Counted from the stretch's first letter, positions 22,902 through 37,410 are shown. The stretch: 64,000 nucleotides of DNA from Epiperipatus broadwayi (GCA_028023455.1 JAQFVV010000009.1:9052001-9116000), one strand, 5' to 3'. The notes: generated from the letters alone by a model not told the origin. Numbers and translations are program-made.

Positions 22902-25297
22902 TTAAAAACTACCCACAAATCCATTCACTTCCCATCCACCCTTAATATTAAAAGAACTCTTAAATAAGTTAATTGCTTCAGAATCATAAATTTTCAATAA
23001 TAAAGACTCTTTAATTCTTCTTTTGATTTCATTTCTCTCAAAGAAGACAACCTTAGCTTCATCAAAATCAATAGTGTGGCCTGTATCTTTTTCATGGACA
23101 TACAAAGCAGAACTAAGATATCTATTTTTAACTCTACTTTTATGAACCTTTACTCTTTCATTTAAACTCAAACTACTCTGACCTATGTAAACCTTCTTAC
23201 AAAATAAACAAGGAATAAAATATACCACACCAGGAATAGTCTTTCTATCAAAAACTTCCTTTGTATTATTCAATAAATTATTCAATGTAACACCCCTTTT
23301 CCAAGCAATTTTCTTATTTCCAAACAATTTACTATTTCTACACACAATTTTATAAGAAGACAATTTAAATGGCAAAGAAATAAAATCATATTTTTCTTTA
23401 ACCTTTACATCCTTACAAATATTACTATTAAATAAAATACTTTTAACAAATTTATCAGAGTATCCAACACTTAAATAATCTTTATAAAATTGATATTTCT
23501 GAAACAAAGCTACCCCCCTAGAATTATTTAATTTAATATTCCTATGACAATAATTCCTTAAAGCAGCTACTTTATGAGATACAGACTGATAGCTATCAGG
23601 TTTAATTATAGATCTTAATTCTTTACTTTTAACTAAATGACTGCACAATAAACAATTAGTTTCTATATTTCTAATCACCAAAAGATCTAAAAATTTTAAC
23701 TTACCAAAATCTAACCCCCTCCTTCTAACACAAATTTTATAGAAGGATCAAAACAATTAAACTCATTTACAAATTCCTTCAATTTACCATTCTCAACAAC
23801 AAATAAACAATCATCAACATATCTGACAAATAATTTTACATATAAACAATTCTTTTTAATAATAATTTCCTCTTCCATAAAACTAATATAAACTGAACAT
23901 ACTAAAGGAGAAATAATATAACCTATTATCCACCCTTCCTTAATCTTATAAAAATTACCTTTATAAGTAAAATACATAGAATCTTCCAATAACAAAAGCA
24001 AATCTTTAATTACCTTAATTTTATTTTTTGATAAAGAACTTTTCTTAATCAATACAGACAAAAGAACATCAATACTGCTTAACCTATTAACAGACTGATA
24101 CATATTTTCAATATCTAAACTTCCAAATACCCAACTACTTTCCATTTTAAAATTATTAATCTTATCAAAAGCCTCAAAAGAAGAAGAAACTGTGTACTGA
24201 CCAAAATCAACAAATTGTTTTAAAAAATTATTCAAGAATCTAGAAATACCTTCTACAACACTACCTGTAAAATCAAAAATAAATCTTAAAGGAAAACCAT
24301 CTTTATGAGTTTTAATATTCACAAACATCTTAGCTGATGTAAAATCATTAGGATAGCATTTTAAATAATCTACTCTATTAAAAATTTTTAAATTAACCAT
24401 TTTCTTCATAATATCTATCAATTTTCTTTTAATCAAATTACCTGGATTTTTATCTAACAACATATATCTACCATTATTTAATTCTCTATCCATTTTCTCT
24501 TTGAAATCATCTCCTTTCATAATAACAAACCTACCAGCTTTGTCTTCACGAGAAATGATTACATCATTAGCAATTAACCTATTTTTAAGATGTTTAATCT
24601 CAGCAGGATTAATAACAAATTTTTCTTTCCTTTTTAAACTTTTATTCAAAATCGATTGAATACCAACTTTCTGCTCATCACTCAAATTACTAGATTCAAT
24701 AGACGAAATTGTATCAAAAACTATATTTTTTGAATGAAATGGAACAAAATTTGGGCCTTTACCAAGAATATCTAATTCTCTATCATTTAACTTCAAATCC
24801 GTAAGATTAACAACTCTATCCTCAGAAACATTATTCTCATAACCTTTATCACTACAATAAACTTTATTAACTTTCCCAAACAACCACTTTAATTTTCTTT
24901 CATATTTTTTACAATATAAATTTGACCTATTCTGTCTAAACTGTCTCATAAAAAAATTCAAAATTGAATAATTAAAATCTTGCCTCCTTTCTAAATAAAA
25001 TCTATTCCTTTTATATAGATAAATAAATTTATAAAACCTTACAAAATTATCTTTTAAAAAACTATTCAATATATATGTTTGTAACTTAAAAACTAAATTT
25101 TTATTTTGAATCAACTTTTTATTTTTACTAAAATTAATAACACAACACCTAGGAAAAACACTAAATTCCCTACATTTTTTAAGAAAATAAATCTGCCATC
25201 GTAAAGATTCTATCTTATCACTCAATTTAGACAAATTTTTAATCCTTCTAATATCATTAAATGGAAAATTATTAAAAATTAAGCTCCACAAACCCAT
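22902..25297 (-). pseudogene. Second tandem PLE ORF, split by a 1-bp deletion in a G6 run at ~23706-23710
   Basis: ORFs 23711-25318 and 22902-23681 are the two halves of the copy-1 protein. The run has 5 C here versus 6 in copies 1 and 3. Confidence 0.88.
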
Positions 25298-25853
25298 ACT
25301 AAATACCCAAATTACCAATACTCTTATAAATTAAAACCCAATAAAACCTACACACACTTCTATATATATATATATAATATAACTAAATAAACACAAATAT
25401 ACTCTTTCAACCCAAACTCACACAACAAACATAATATACATAAATGACATTCCAATATATCAATAATTAAAAAAACAAAAATAAATATATCAATAATAAA
25501 ATGTCTATAATAAATATCAATAATAAAATATCAATAATAATAATAATAATAAAAAAAAAATCTTTACACTACATCAGCAAAACTACTCTTAAACTCAAAA
25601 AACTCATTAAAATGTAAACATTACAAGCATAAAGCTAAACTAGTCAATATAAAATCAAAACTACCCCAAATCTAAAATTAAACCAGACCAGAATAAAAAT
25701 AATATTAAAACACAACCTAAGGTTTCACTGCTACAAGCAGACTTCTCAAGTGTAAAGAAATAATAAAAAAAAAACACAACTTATATATACTATTAAAAAC
25801 TACCCACAAATCCATTCACTTCCCATCCACCCTTAATATTAAAAGAACTCTTA

Positions 25854-27704
25854 AATTTTGTTCCATTTCATTCAAAAAATATAGTTTTTGATACAATTTC
25901 GTCTATTGAATCTAGTAATTTGAGTGATGAGCAGAAAGTTGGTATTCAATCGATTTTGAATAAAAGTTTAAAAAGGAAAGAAAAATTTGTTATTAATCCT
26001 GCTGAGATTAAACATCTTAGAAATAGGTTAATTGCTAATGATGTAATCATTTCTCGTGAAGACAAAGCTGGTAGGTTTGTTATTATGAAAGGAGATGATT
26101 TCAAAGAGAAAATGGACAGAGAATTAAATAATGGTAGATATATGTTGTTAGATAAAAATCCAGGTAATTTGATTAAAAGAAAATTGATAGATATTATGAA
26201 GAAAATGGTTAATTTAAAAATTTTTAATAGAGTAGATTATTTAAAATGCTATCCTAATGATTTTACATCAGCTAAGGTGTTTGTGAATATTAAAACTCAT
26301 AAAGATGGTTTTCCTTTAAGATTTATTTTTGATTTTACAGGTAGTGTTGTAGAAGGTATTTCTAGATTCTTGAATAATTTTTTAAAACAATTTGTTGATT
26401 TTGGTCAGTACACAGTTTCTTCTTCTTTTGAGGCTTTTGATAAGATTAATAATTTTAAAATGGAAAGTAGTTGGGTATTTGGAAGTTTAGATATTGAAAA
26501 TATGTATCAGTCTGTTAATAGGTTAAGCAGTATTGATGTTCTTTTGTCTGTATTGATTAAGAAAAGTTCTTTATCAAAAAATAAAATTAAGGTAATTAAA
26601 GATTTGCTTTTGTTATTGGAAGATTCTATGTATTTTACTTATAAAGGTAATTTTTATAAGATTAAGGAAGGGTGGATAATAGGTTATATTATTTCTCCTT
26701 TAGTATGTTCAGTTTATATTAGTTTTATGGAAGAGGAAATTATTATTAAAAAGAATTGTTTATATGTAAAATTATTTGTCAGATATGTTGATGATTGTTT
26801 ATTTGTTGTTGAGAATGGTAAATTGAAGGAATTTGTAAATGAGTTTAATTGTTTTGATCCTTCTATAAAATTTGTGTTAGAAGGAGGGGGGTTAGATTTT
26901 GGTAAGTTAAAATTTTTAGATCTTTTGGTGATTAGAAATATAGAAACTAATTGTTTATTGTGCAGTCATTTAGTTAAAAGTAAAGAATTAAGATCTATAA
27001 TTAAACCTGATAGCTATCAGTCTGTATCTCATAAAGTAGCTGCTTTAAGGAATTATTGTCATAGGAATATTAAATTAAATAATTCTAGGGGGGTAGCTTT
27101 GTTTCAGAAATATCAATTTTATAAAGATTATTTAAGTGTTGGATACTCTGATAAATTTGTTAAAAGTATTTTATTTAATAGTAATATTTGTAAGGATGTA
27201 AAGGTTAAAGAAAAATATGATTTTATTTCTTTGCCATTTAAATTGTCTTCTTATAAAATTGTGTGTAGAAATAGTAAATTGTTTGGAAATAAGAAAATTG
27301 CTTGGAAAAGGGGTGTTACATTGAATAATTTATTGAATAATACAAAGGAAGTTTTTGATAGAAAGACTATTCCTGGTGTGGTATATTTTATTCCTTGTTT
27401 ATTTTGTAAGAAGGTTTACATAGGTCAGAGTAGTTTGAGTTTAAATGAAAGAGTAAAGGTTCATAAAAGTAGAGTTAAAAATAGATATCTTAGTTCTGCT
27501 TTGTATGTCCATGAAAAAGATACAGGCCACACTATTGATTTTGATGAAGCTAAGGTTGTCTTCTTTGAGAGAAATGAAATCAAAAGAAGAATTAAAGAGT
27601 CTTTATTATTGAAAATTTATGATTCTGAAGCAATTAACTTATTTAAGAGTTCTTTTAATATTAAGGGTGGATGGGAAGTGAATGGATTTGTGGGTAGTTT
27701 TTAA
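25854..27704 (+). pseudogene. Third PLE ORF, inverted and 5'-truncated (starts at NFVPFHSK)
   Basis: Open frame identical to copy 1 apart from a few residues. It lacks the N-terminal ~180 aa and the native ATG. Confidence 0.9.
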
Positions 27705-27742
27705 TAGTATATATAAGTTGTGTTTTTTTTTATTATTTCTTT

Positions 27743-27786
27743 ACACTTGAGAAGTCTGCTTGTAGCAGTGAAACCTTAGGTTGTGT
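27743..27786 (+). ncRNA. Variant (U3-A8) type I hammerhead ribozyme in PLE pseudo-LTR, plus-strand copy
   Basis: ACAC(27743-46) TTGAGAA(27747-53) GT CTGC TTGTA GCAG T GAAA(27770-73) CCTTAGG TT GTGT(27783-86). Confidence 0.7.
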
Positions 27787-30700
27787 TTTAATATTATTTT
27801 TATTCTGGTCTGGTTTAATTTTAGATTTGGGGTAGTTTTGATTTTATATTGACTAGTTTAGCTTTATGCTTGTAATGTTTAATATATACAAATACATTTT
27901 AAAGGTGTTTTTGTTATAGAAATCAATTAGTTCTAAATATATAATTTTAAATCAAAGAAAAGAATTTTATAATGATTATTTTAATGCAAGTTATTCAGAT
28001 AAATTAATTAGGATGTTCTATTTACTAAAAATGATGATAATAATGTTCTGAAAATAATTAACAGGCAATAATGTGAATTTATTTTTTTATCTTCTATACT
28101 ATTTATTTTATACGATTTTTGTAAGGATGTAATTATAATTAATTCATAATATGAACATGTTTTGGAGGAAGAGAGTAATTTTATATACTTTAAAGAGAAT
28201 GTTGATAGGAATATAATTCCTAGATTAGTTTATATTATTTTTTATTTTTGTAAGAAAATATAAATAGATGAGAATAATTTATTTTTAAATGAAAAAATTA
28301 AAGTTTATCAAAATAGATTAAGCATTTATTTTTATTCCTGCATAAATACTATATCTTGTATTGAAGAGGGAAGTATTCATTTATTATTATTAACACTCAC
28401 AAAAGCGCATGCACAATTAGCTTGAAAGGCTGATATTTGAATGTAATCAAAATAGATTAAATAAAAAGTATCTTAATTTAACATTATATATTTATGAAAG
28501 GAATACAAGCTGTAATATTATGTTTGAGAATCTTAAAGAGTATTTTCTAATTAAGTAGTTTAACTCTGAAGTTATTAATTTATTTAAATCTTTTTTTCAA
28601 TATTAAAGATAATTAAAATATTGGTTTGAATTGTAGTAAAACTTTATGCTGTTTTATGTCATTTTTTATATTTGAGAAATCTTTCTTGGAAAGGAAATCA
28701 TTGATAGTGAATTTTGATTTGTGGCTAATACAATTTATTATGAATAGGAGTAATTTAGTTTTATAATATTGACTAGTTTAATTTTTGACAATTGATATAT
28801 TTGTGTAATGTAAAATTTATTTACAATATTTTTATTGGTTTAAAAAAATATATTTAACTTTGAATCTTTTTTTTTTATTATTATTAATATTACAATACTA
28901 TCTATATACGTAGTCAATATTCAAATAAGTTCATCTCTTTTAAACTAAATCTTAACATGGCGAATAAATGATGTAAGTTTTAGATAATTTAAAAGAGTTG
29001 AAAAATTATTGTTTTTGTAAGAGAATAAGAAAAAAGACTGTTAACCATGATTTTCTGATAGTGATATGAAATGGTGACAATTTGTTTTTAATGATATTGC
29101 TATTAGATGATAAATTTTGGCTGTTTTTATTTTTATTTTTTATAATGATTCCTACTTATAGGCTGACTTTTCAGAAATTTTCAATACTGCTTGACTAGCA
29201 AATTTTTTTTTTTTTAATCTTTTATTAGATTTCTGTTTGAGCTGGTTATATATTAACTTGGGTTCACAATTTTTTTTTTAACACATCCAAATGAGACTAT
29301 TGCAACTGAACATATTTTTTTAATCATTTTGATATATTCTATTTGGTTTTCAAAGTGCTCTGTGCTAATCTCATGTAGGTTAGACTAATCATAAAATGTT
29401 TTAAGCATATTTATATTGTTTATAGTTTATTTTTGGATATTTATTTTATTTAACACTATTTTAATTACATAACAAATTATTGTTTTTCATTTTTTATTTG
29501 GAGATATGAGATATTCAACAAAATGTTTTAGTATTTCTAATTGGACATTGTACTTTATCAGGGATATGCTAACAAAATACATTCATTTATTACCACATGC
29601 TTTAGGGAGCAGTTCTCTTAACACATTTCCAAAAATATCTACAGTAAGCATGAATAATCAATAGTTACAAGTTGATAGTACTATCTATCCACACCCCCAA
29701 GTTAGCTTTTGTCTTATAGCCTTTATCAATGATAAAAATAATTTTATTATGATCCTTCTTGCATTTAACTTTGAATTTGTGAATATTTAACTTTGTTAAT
29801 ATTGGTCTCTACTTTTCTGGAGATTTCCATGGTCAAATGGTTATGCTTACTACATTTTTTTTTGATTGGATATACAGATGCCTAATGGATTAAACTGATC
29901 TCAGCCAATTAATAAATAATCTAATGACTTTATTGCTTTGAGTTCATAAGTTTGAATGTCTGAAATGACAACTGAGTTGCAATCCATGGACCCTTGAACT
30001 CCAATCTGCTACATTATCACTAAACTAAATTATACAGGGCATCTCAGTTCATGCTTAGATCATAATTATGGCTTGCTACAGTAATCATTATTAGGTACTT
30101 TAGCAGAATTAAATAATCACTTTAAATCTTTATTAATAAGATAAAGGTAACCATAATATCAAATCAAATCCAAATTAAATTGAGATTTTTTTCTTAGTTG
30201 AGAATTATTAGATAACCATTTACTGAGTACCATTGCTTGGATACTGAATTGGCTGTCCATTTATAATATTCTTTAACAATATTATATTTTCTTCATGGTC
30301 TGAGATTCTTGAATGTACAATGCCTGAATTTATTTCTGTTTTAAATAAGTGAAATATCAAAACATATTACTTTTGAAGTAAGATTATATGCTTTATTTCT
30401 CATAGTTTTTATGCTTGAAGATTTTCTATAGTTGCCTTAAATTAGGTCTGATGAAGATTTGTTATATATTTCTTTGTATTCAAGATATTTCATTTCTTGT
30501 GTTAACCACTATTTCATTTGCTGGCATCTTAAGGTTTGAATATAACATTTCTCTACTAAATCATAATGTCCTTTCTTTGGTAATCTCTCCCTTATTTTAT
30601 TAAATATTGATTTGTAAAGTTGACTCTTTTATCAGTCTCAGATAAGAATAAAAATAGTCTATTAGTATTTGATTTCAAAAATTTATTTGTGATTTTGTAG

Positions 30701-31379
30701 AAAAGTGCTCAGACATTAGTAATTTCAAAATTTTTTTTTTTAAAGTGAATGTCATCCATGAAAGAAATATAGTTACTATATTTTTTTTTGTTGTGCAATT
30801 CTTTCAAAAATACTGACAATTTGACAGTGTTAAATCAAAATATTTTTTCCTTGAATACTTGTATTAGTGCTACTTAAGTAATTAAAAATATTGGTTAAAT
30901 GTGCCATTTAATACATCAAATATTTTAAGTCATTTTACAAAACATTTCTATTTTCATTGTGTAAAAAAGGTAACCATTCATTTTTTAAGATCTAACATTT
31001 GCCATGGAACTTCATTATGCAAAATCAAAAATTCATACTGAGATTCCATATAAGGGTTTTTTTTTTTTAAAGATATGTTTCTAAATGTTTTAATTTACTG
31101 TAATTTATCACATTATAACTTAGTCTGATACAGACATTAATGTTTCTGATAAGGTTTTGAAAATAAAGATTTTCTGTGCAAAAAAACAGTGTTTAGATTT
31201 ATGTGAGTTTATTGTCTTTGCAGAGATAGAAATTTCTTTAATACATTCTATAACTGAAGCACTCCATCAGTATAAATTCCTGCATACATGTTCTATGATA
31301 TTTTAAATTTTTATAAATGTTTTATCCTGTTGAATGTTCAGTAAAGTCTCTACAATATAGAGGTTGATTCACTATATTG

Positions 31380-31900
31380 TTTTTGTTAGCAAAATTGAAT
31401 GAACCCTACTATATGGGTTTTAGTAATAATGTCAGTGGACTCATCAATTCATAAATCAAAATGTCATTTGGAAAATTCATTAGTAACTGCTTTTCCAATA
31501 TTATCTGATATATTTTTAATTGTATTTTTTATTGAATCATTTAAATGAGAAATTGTATACAATTTCATTTTTTGGTTTTTCACCAAACAATTTTTGCTAT
31601 TTCACAACATGCTGGTAAAAGAAGATCCTCTATTATAGTATGTGGTTTTAACTTCACAGCAAGTAATTCAGCTACCTTATATGATGCAAATTGTGCCTAA
31701 TTAGAAATCTTAATAGTTTTGTGCATGATTTTACTTATTTAACTTGCATATCTAATAATCTTTAATTTTTGAAGCTAGATATTTTGGTTTAGCAAAAACC
31801 TTTGCCCTAATGGACAGCTTTTTTCCATTGTAAGAAACTTGTAGAACATGACAGTTTTTTTCATGAATCCATAAAAGTAAAACTTAAATATTCATCCAAA
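31380..31900 (-). mobile_element. Decayed hAT Buster/ZBED5-8-like transposase fragment
   Basis: The minus strand reads ASYKVAELLAVKLKPHTI (~31635-31687) and IDESTD (~31433-31450). Confidence 0.7.
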
Positions 31901-32199
31901 TATTGTCTAATAATTTTTCTTATTATGTATAATTTTGTCTTTATGAAACATATTTGCAACAATGACATGACTATTATTTTTGTTTGTATTTGTTCCATTA
32001 TTGTTTTGTTCAAAATCATATTTTTATTTATTAATAAGTTTATTCATTGAGAGTAATGGTATTAAATATTTTTTTCTACAATAATAAACTTTTACTATAA
32101 AATGAATATAATTATTGAAGTCATTTATTAATAATAAAAAAAATGTATTACTAAATCTGAGCTAAAGATTTTATCAGTTATAATATTTATACACAATTA

Positions 32200-33000
32200 A
32201 GAATTAAATACATCAAAAATGAACTTTGTCAAAATAAATATGAATGATTGTAATAGAAGCATATTATTGCATCTTGCTCCCATTGTAAACTGCATATTTG
32301 CTAATTTACACTAAAGTTCATTCAAATGCAGTATTCTAACTCGTATCCCACTTTCATAATTTCATGGAACCCTAATGCTCTCAAGAATACCAGTTAATAA
32401 CTATTGCTTTAGATAATTTTTTTGATGCATTGTAGATACATATGGATCTGAAAAATGATATCATAATATTAATAAATTTGTGGTTGTCACTCTTATATGA
32501 TGTTATTGATAATCAGATGGAAAAAATATTTTGATTCTTATGAATGGAACAAAAATTGAGATAATTTTTATATCTATCTTATGACACATAGATTAATGAA
32601 ATTAAAACATTTCTTTAGATACCTTGGAGAAGTTTTTAAAATATAATGATGTCATCTTGGCTTCAAAACTAGTAAAAATTTTTTTGGAATATATGGACTC
32701 ATGAAATTGTGCCAACTTATATTAAGAGGGTGTTATTGTTGTATTTAATTAGAGATAGACAAGACTGCAAGAATTATTGTAGCATGGATTAAGTTATCAA
32801 TTAAGAATAAAAACAGGAACTTCATTTTCTTAGTATGCCATGCTGATAATTGAGCTGTTCTTGATAATTCCAAAGATGATCTACAAAATATAATTAATGC
32901 TTTGAATGTTAACTATGAAGATGTTAGTTTAAAAAATTAATATTGAAGCAGTTGAGTTTCATGGTCCTTCATACTCACCAAATTACTAATCCATGTTTGA
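32200..33000 (+). mobile_element. Highly decayed RTE-like LINE RT fragment
   Basis: Local resemblance to the 46200-46650 segment (TGGTTGTCA..., ...GCTGATAAT...GATCTACAAAA). No continuous frame. Confidence 0.4.
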
Positions 33001-36000
33001 ACCTTATGTTCCCTCCCGCTCCTATATTAATGTATATTTATTTTATACATGTGTTTGAGATGTGCACCTAAAAGATTTAAAATTTAGCTCTTAATATTTT
33101 TTACTATTTATTATTTATTCTTGTATTAAAATCAAAATATATTAGGTGCAGCTCAAATATATATATATACAACAGGAGCAATTATTAACACTTAATTTTA
33201 CCAATATTGTTTTTAAGTTCGTAAAAAAAAACTTTTGTTTAAATTTGTTAAAAACTATTTTTCTTTTAAAAAGCCAAGATGGGAGTATGCAAATGTTAAT
33301 TGTTCAAAAATAACTAAAAGAGTGGAAATTTTATATTATTTAACTTTGGTAAAGGATATTTAATTAAAATGGACTAAATTAAATTAAGAAGTTATACTTT
33401 TGCCATTAACATCTTTTAGCAAATCTATTTCTACTCTGGAAATAGATTTGACTATATTTTTGGACAAATTATCTAATGGTTGCATCTCCAAAACAATAGG
33501 TGAAGAAAATGAAATTTAAAAAAGGGACACTAAAAGCATTCCTCACATACCTGAGGGCTGTATATAATGGGCTGATTTTTGACTACCTGGGAGAGAACTA
33601 GTTGGTAGAAAAGCTGTTGCCAAAGGACTTCACACTATTTTTTTTTTTTGTAAAAATGTTGGATGAATAGAAACAACTAATCACCTTCCTTGCCTTTTTG
33701 CTGGTCAATCTCACCTTGAATAATCTTCTCACTGATGCCCCAAAATATGATCTAAAAATGGAGGAATGCCTAACGGAAACTTGCTATTAAAATGATTTCA
33801 ATCCTGTTAATTTTGCCATGCTGGAGCTGAACTGTTAAAATGGACTCTTTAACATAACAAGATAATTAACCTAAAAACCGCTTGTGAACTTTACATCTTA
33901 TTCCTTCTAAATTAATCACAACCTCAGCTCTCCAGATTTCATTTTAAATTGTTAAATTAAATGTTTTTTTTTTTATATAACTATTAATGTAAAATTGACT
34001 CTCATATTATTAATTTTTCCTTTATATGTAAAGTTTGCTCTTATTTCGTTAATCTTGGTGTGGTTCCTTTCTTAATTTTAGACTTTTATTTTATGATTTT
34101 TAAGTTGCCAATCTAAACAATCTTGCGAGCCTAATATATAAAGTTATTTTTCCTTATCTACTTAAATCTTCCCGAGTCAAGGTTAATAAAATCCCCTCCC
34201 TTTTGAATTAGATTTACATACTTTCTGAATTAATACGCTCTCCAGATTGTTTCTCAGGTTAACCCAATTATATGATTGTCTTAAAAATGTCTTTAAAAAA
34301 AGTACATATATTTTTTATGTATAATTTCATTATTCCTGAAAAATTAATGCTATCAAATATTTTTTTATGTCACGCATTTCATTCTGAAAAGGTGATTTTT
34401 TTTTTGTCTTATTGTTTTTTTTTATATCATCTGTATTATAAAGCTATACTCTTAAGATTTCAAGGACTTGATGATTCTCAAGTTACAAAATTCGCGAGGA
34501 TGGGATTTCAATCTGTTAAATAACAAGGAAGAGAAGGGGGTAAATTTTAAAACTTATTTGTATGAATTAAATCTTTCCCATATATATTACATAGCATAGT
34601 GTTAAGTGCCTAAATTATAGCATTCAAGTGAGGTTCATGTATTTTTAAAATAGTGATTTCCATTTTATGTCATTAAAGACAGTATGATGTTGCGTTGCTG
34701 ATATAAGGCTTCGTTTATGAAATATTATGTGCTTCTATCTTGGAGGATTACGATAAATTCGGACCCATAGATTTTCTTCACGCCCTATCCTACAAGGTAG
34801 TTGATCTTCCGGGATCATTTTTGTATAACAGGCCTCTCATGTTGGTCGCCCAGAGAACCCTGCGGACCATGCCAAGCCTAATTAAACTTCTCTAAGCAGT
34901 ATCCTAGAAAAGGGACTCTTAGCCACTTCGTTTGGAAGCATGACATCACTTTGGATTCTTATGCCTTTATATCAGCCCCGCTGCTTTTCCATTAGTATTA
35001 ATTTATTTATTTAATGACCTCATTTCGATGCTGTAATCATAAACTTGCACTTTGCTTATGTATATATGTCGTTCCAACAATAGACATTAGTTTAATTAAT
35101 AATATTGTTTTTATCTTATTTTTTTTGTAAAATCCCACCATTGTAATTCATCCCATTTATTTAAGAGTATACATATTTTAAAAAAACAAAGCGTTCTTTT
35201 CCTTTTAAAATCTGAATTCAAAGAATGGATAAAATTATTATGTTCGCTAATAAAAGTTACTTGATTTAAATGTATATTATTTTATTTAATCCTCACAAAC
35301 GTTGTACTCCATGATTAAACCATTTTTAAAATGTATATTTTGATTTTCACGTCCGAAACAGCGTGAAAATAATTTGCATAATATGTATAATGATTCCTAG
35401 AATGCTTCATAAATTTGTATGCTCATCATCACCTTTCAGAGCCATTCCTAAAGCATTAATTTAAAAATGTGTAAGTTTGTTTTGTGATTAAATGATTGGC
35501 ACCTTAATCTAACCCACCAAATCTATTCATTGATGTATAATATGTAGTTTATTCATAAGAGCATTCAAACAAATATATAAGTAATTTACTGTTCATTAAA
35601 TGTTTTATTAAATAGTTTATTATTATTCAAGCCACTTATGTAGTTCGAATTATCTTCTCTCTATTTCCATACATTCCAACATATATGTGCATTCTTGTTA
35701 AATATGTCTCATTGTCTCTTTCGCTCTTCTAGTGGGCCGGACTTAAGAATTAATTCTCGTGTGCCATCATTATTATGTTATTCATTAGGTGTTCAGTCTG
35801 GGGCTTGTGGAATGGGTTCGAATCTAGGTTGATCCCTGATCTAAATATCTGGCTTGACTGGGTTTGAAGTACGTTTCATTGAGTACCAGTTCATGTTAGA
35901 TGGATCAACATATTTTGACCGGTACAATATTAAAAAATTCACCCAGTGATGGAAGAAAAATCTTTAATTATTTTTAGTTTGGATAATTATCAATTTGAAA

Positions 36001-37410
36001 ATATGAATCAATTTAAATGTTTTAGTTGGGCTATTAATAGAAAAGTGGATTTCAATGTTGATGTGAAAAACTGACCCAAACTGCTATTGCATTTAACAAG
36101 TTTCGTCATAGTAATATAACTACAGTAATTAAATTTGTTATAGGGCTAATATTTTTCCTAATTTACTGTATTAAATGTGCATTTCTATTGTAGGAACATA
36201 AAGGCATTAGAAATTTTTTATTTAAGAGTGTTTTATAACATTTTAAAAATGAAATGGCAAGAACATAAGACCAATCATATGTTCTTCAAGTTGCTTAATG
36301 TGTCATCATAAATGTCTACTATAATAAAATCACATCTTCATTAGATTGGAGATATGAAATAAATGATAACAGACATTCCAAAAATGGGAGAGGTAGATCC
36401 TGTTTACATTACAAAGATATCTATAGGTTGCTCACTACAAGTTTCAGATAGCTAGTAAGTTTACTGTTTTTTTTATCTCCGAGTTTAAGATCAAAAAACA
36501 TCACACCTTTACAAAGATCATTGTAAAAGCCTGCTAACCATATGGTCAAAAAGAGAAAGACTGTAATCAGGCAAGGTATTGAAGTTTCTCAGATAGTTTA
36601 CTGTAGAGGAAAAAAAACAGCATTATATCAAATAAATGGATTCATGGTCTAGCATGTTTTATATGAGAATATATTTGTGGCTCATAAATTAACTATGTTT
36701 TATTTTTTTTATTGTTGAAATCGCTATACTTGTTTGTGAGTGGCTACTGATGATGATGATAAATGACTATGAGCAATAAACTTTCATTAGCATATTCCTA
36801 GAATAAATGTAGAGAAATCAATATCTTTTATAAAATTTCCTGTAATCAAAATGATGAGATAATCTCTAATTGTGTTAGTTCAGACAACTTTATGACTAGA
36901 GTGCTAGTTTTGTCTGTCATTTTATATATTTTATTCATGAAAGTTAATTTTAAATACACGAATATAGAAAGCTTTTGATAAGAATAATAGTTTCTACATA
37001 TAACTGGATCAATTCCTGAAGGAGGGATCTCACTTTGGAACTGCTATATTCTATTTATCATTGACACAATCTTCATATTACATATAGTCAGTATATGTAT
37101 AATAAAAAAGTTAACATATCTTAAACTGTTAGCAATGTTCCAAGACAGCTGACAAGGAAGTTATTCCTGAAATATATATTTACTACAGAGTGGTTTATTA
37201 ATTTTTTATTTAATATAGTAAAAATGTATTGCATATGATTATTGGAATTGAAATTTCTTCACATTTATTTTGTTAGTATATAGGTGCCATGCATGTCTGT
37301 ATTATGTGATTGTTTAATCATAGAGAATGTTAATTTGTAGCAATTATTAGTATATATTATCTGATACTTATTAAATTGCCACTTTTATTTATTTATTTTT
37401 GTAATTGCAG

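Larger units (their letters stand above)
19878..27881. mobile_element. Young Penelope-like element composite: partial-tandem minus-strand array plus an inverted 5'-truncated copy, flanked by a 13-bp target-site duplication
   Basis: Unit ~2.89 kb (stops at 20016, 22902 and 25793). Inversion junction at 25853-25856 with AAAT microhomology. TTAATATATACAA occurs at 19867-19879 and 27879-27891. Confidence 0.95.

Noticed and set aside
33450-35000. CpG-richer block with weak PLE/LINE-like peptide fragments on the minus strand
   Set aside because: No diagnostic motif could be read with confidence.
35770-35900. GGTTCGAATC B-box-like motif (also ~990 and ~29990) suggesting a tRNA
   Set aside because: No cloverleaf; at most these are decayed tRNA-derived SINE fragments.
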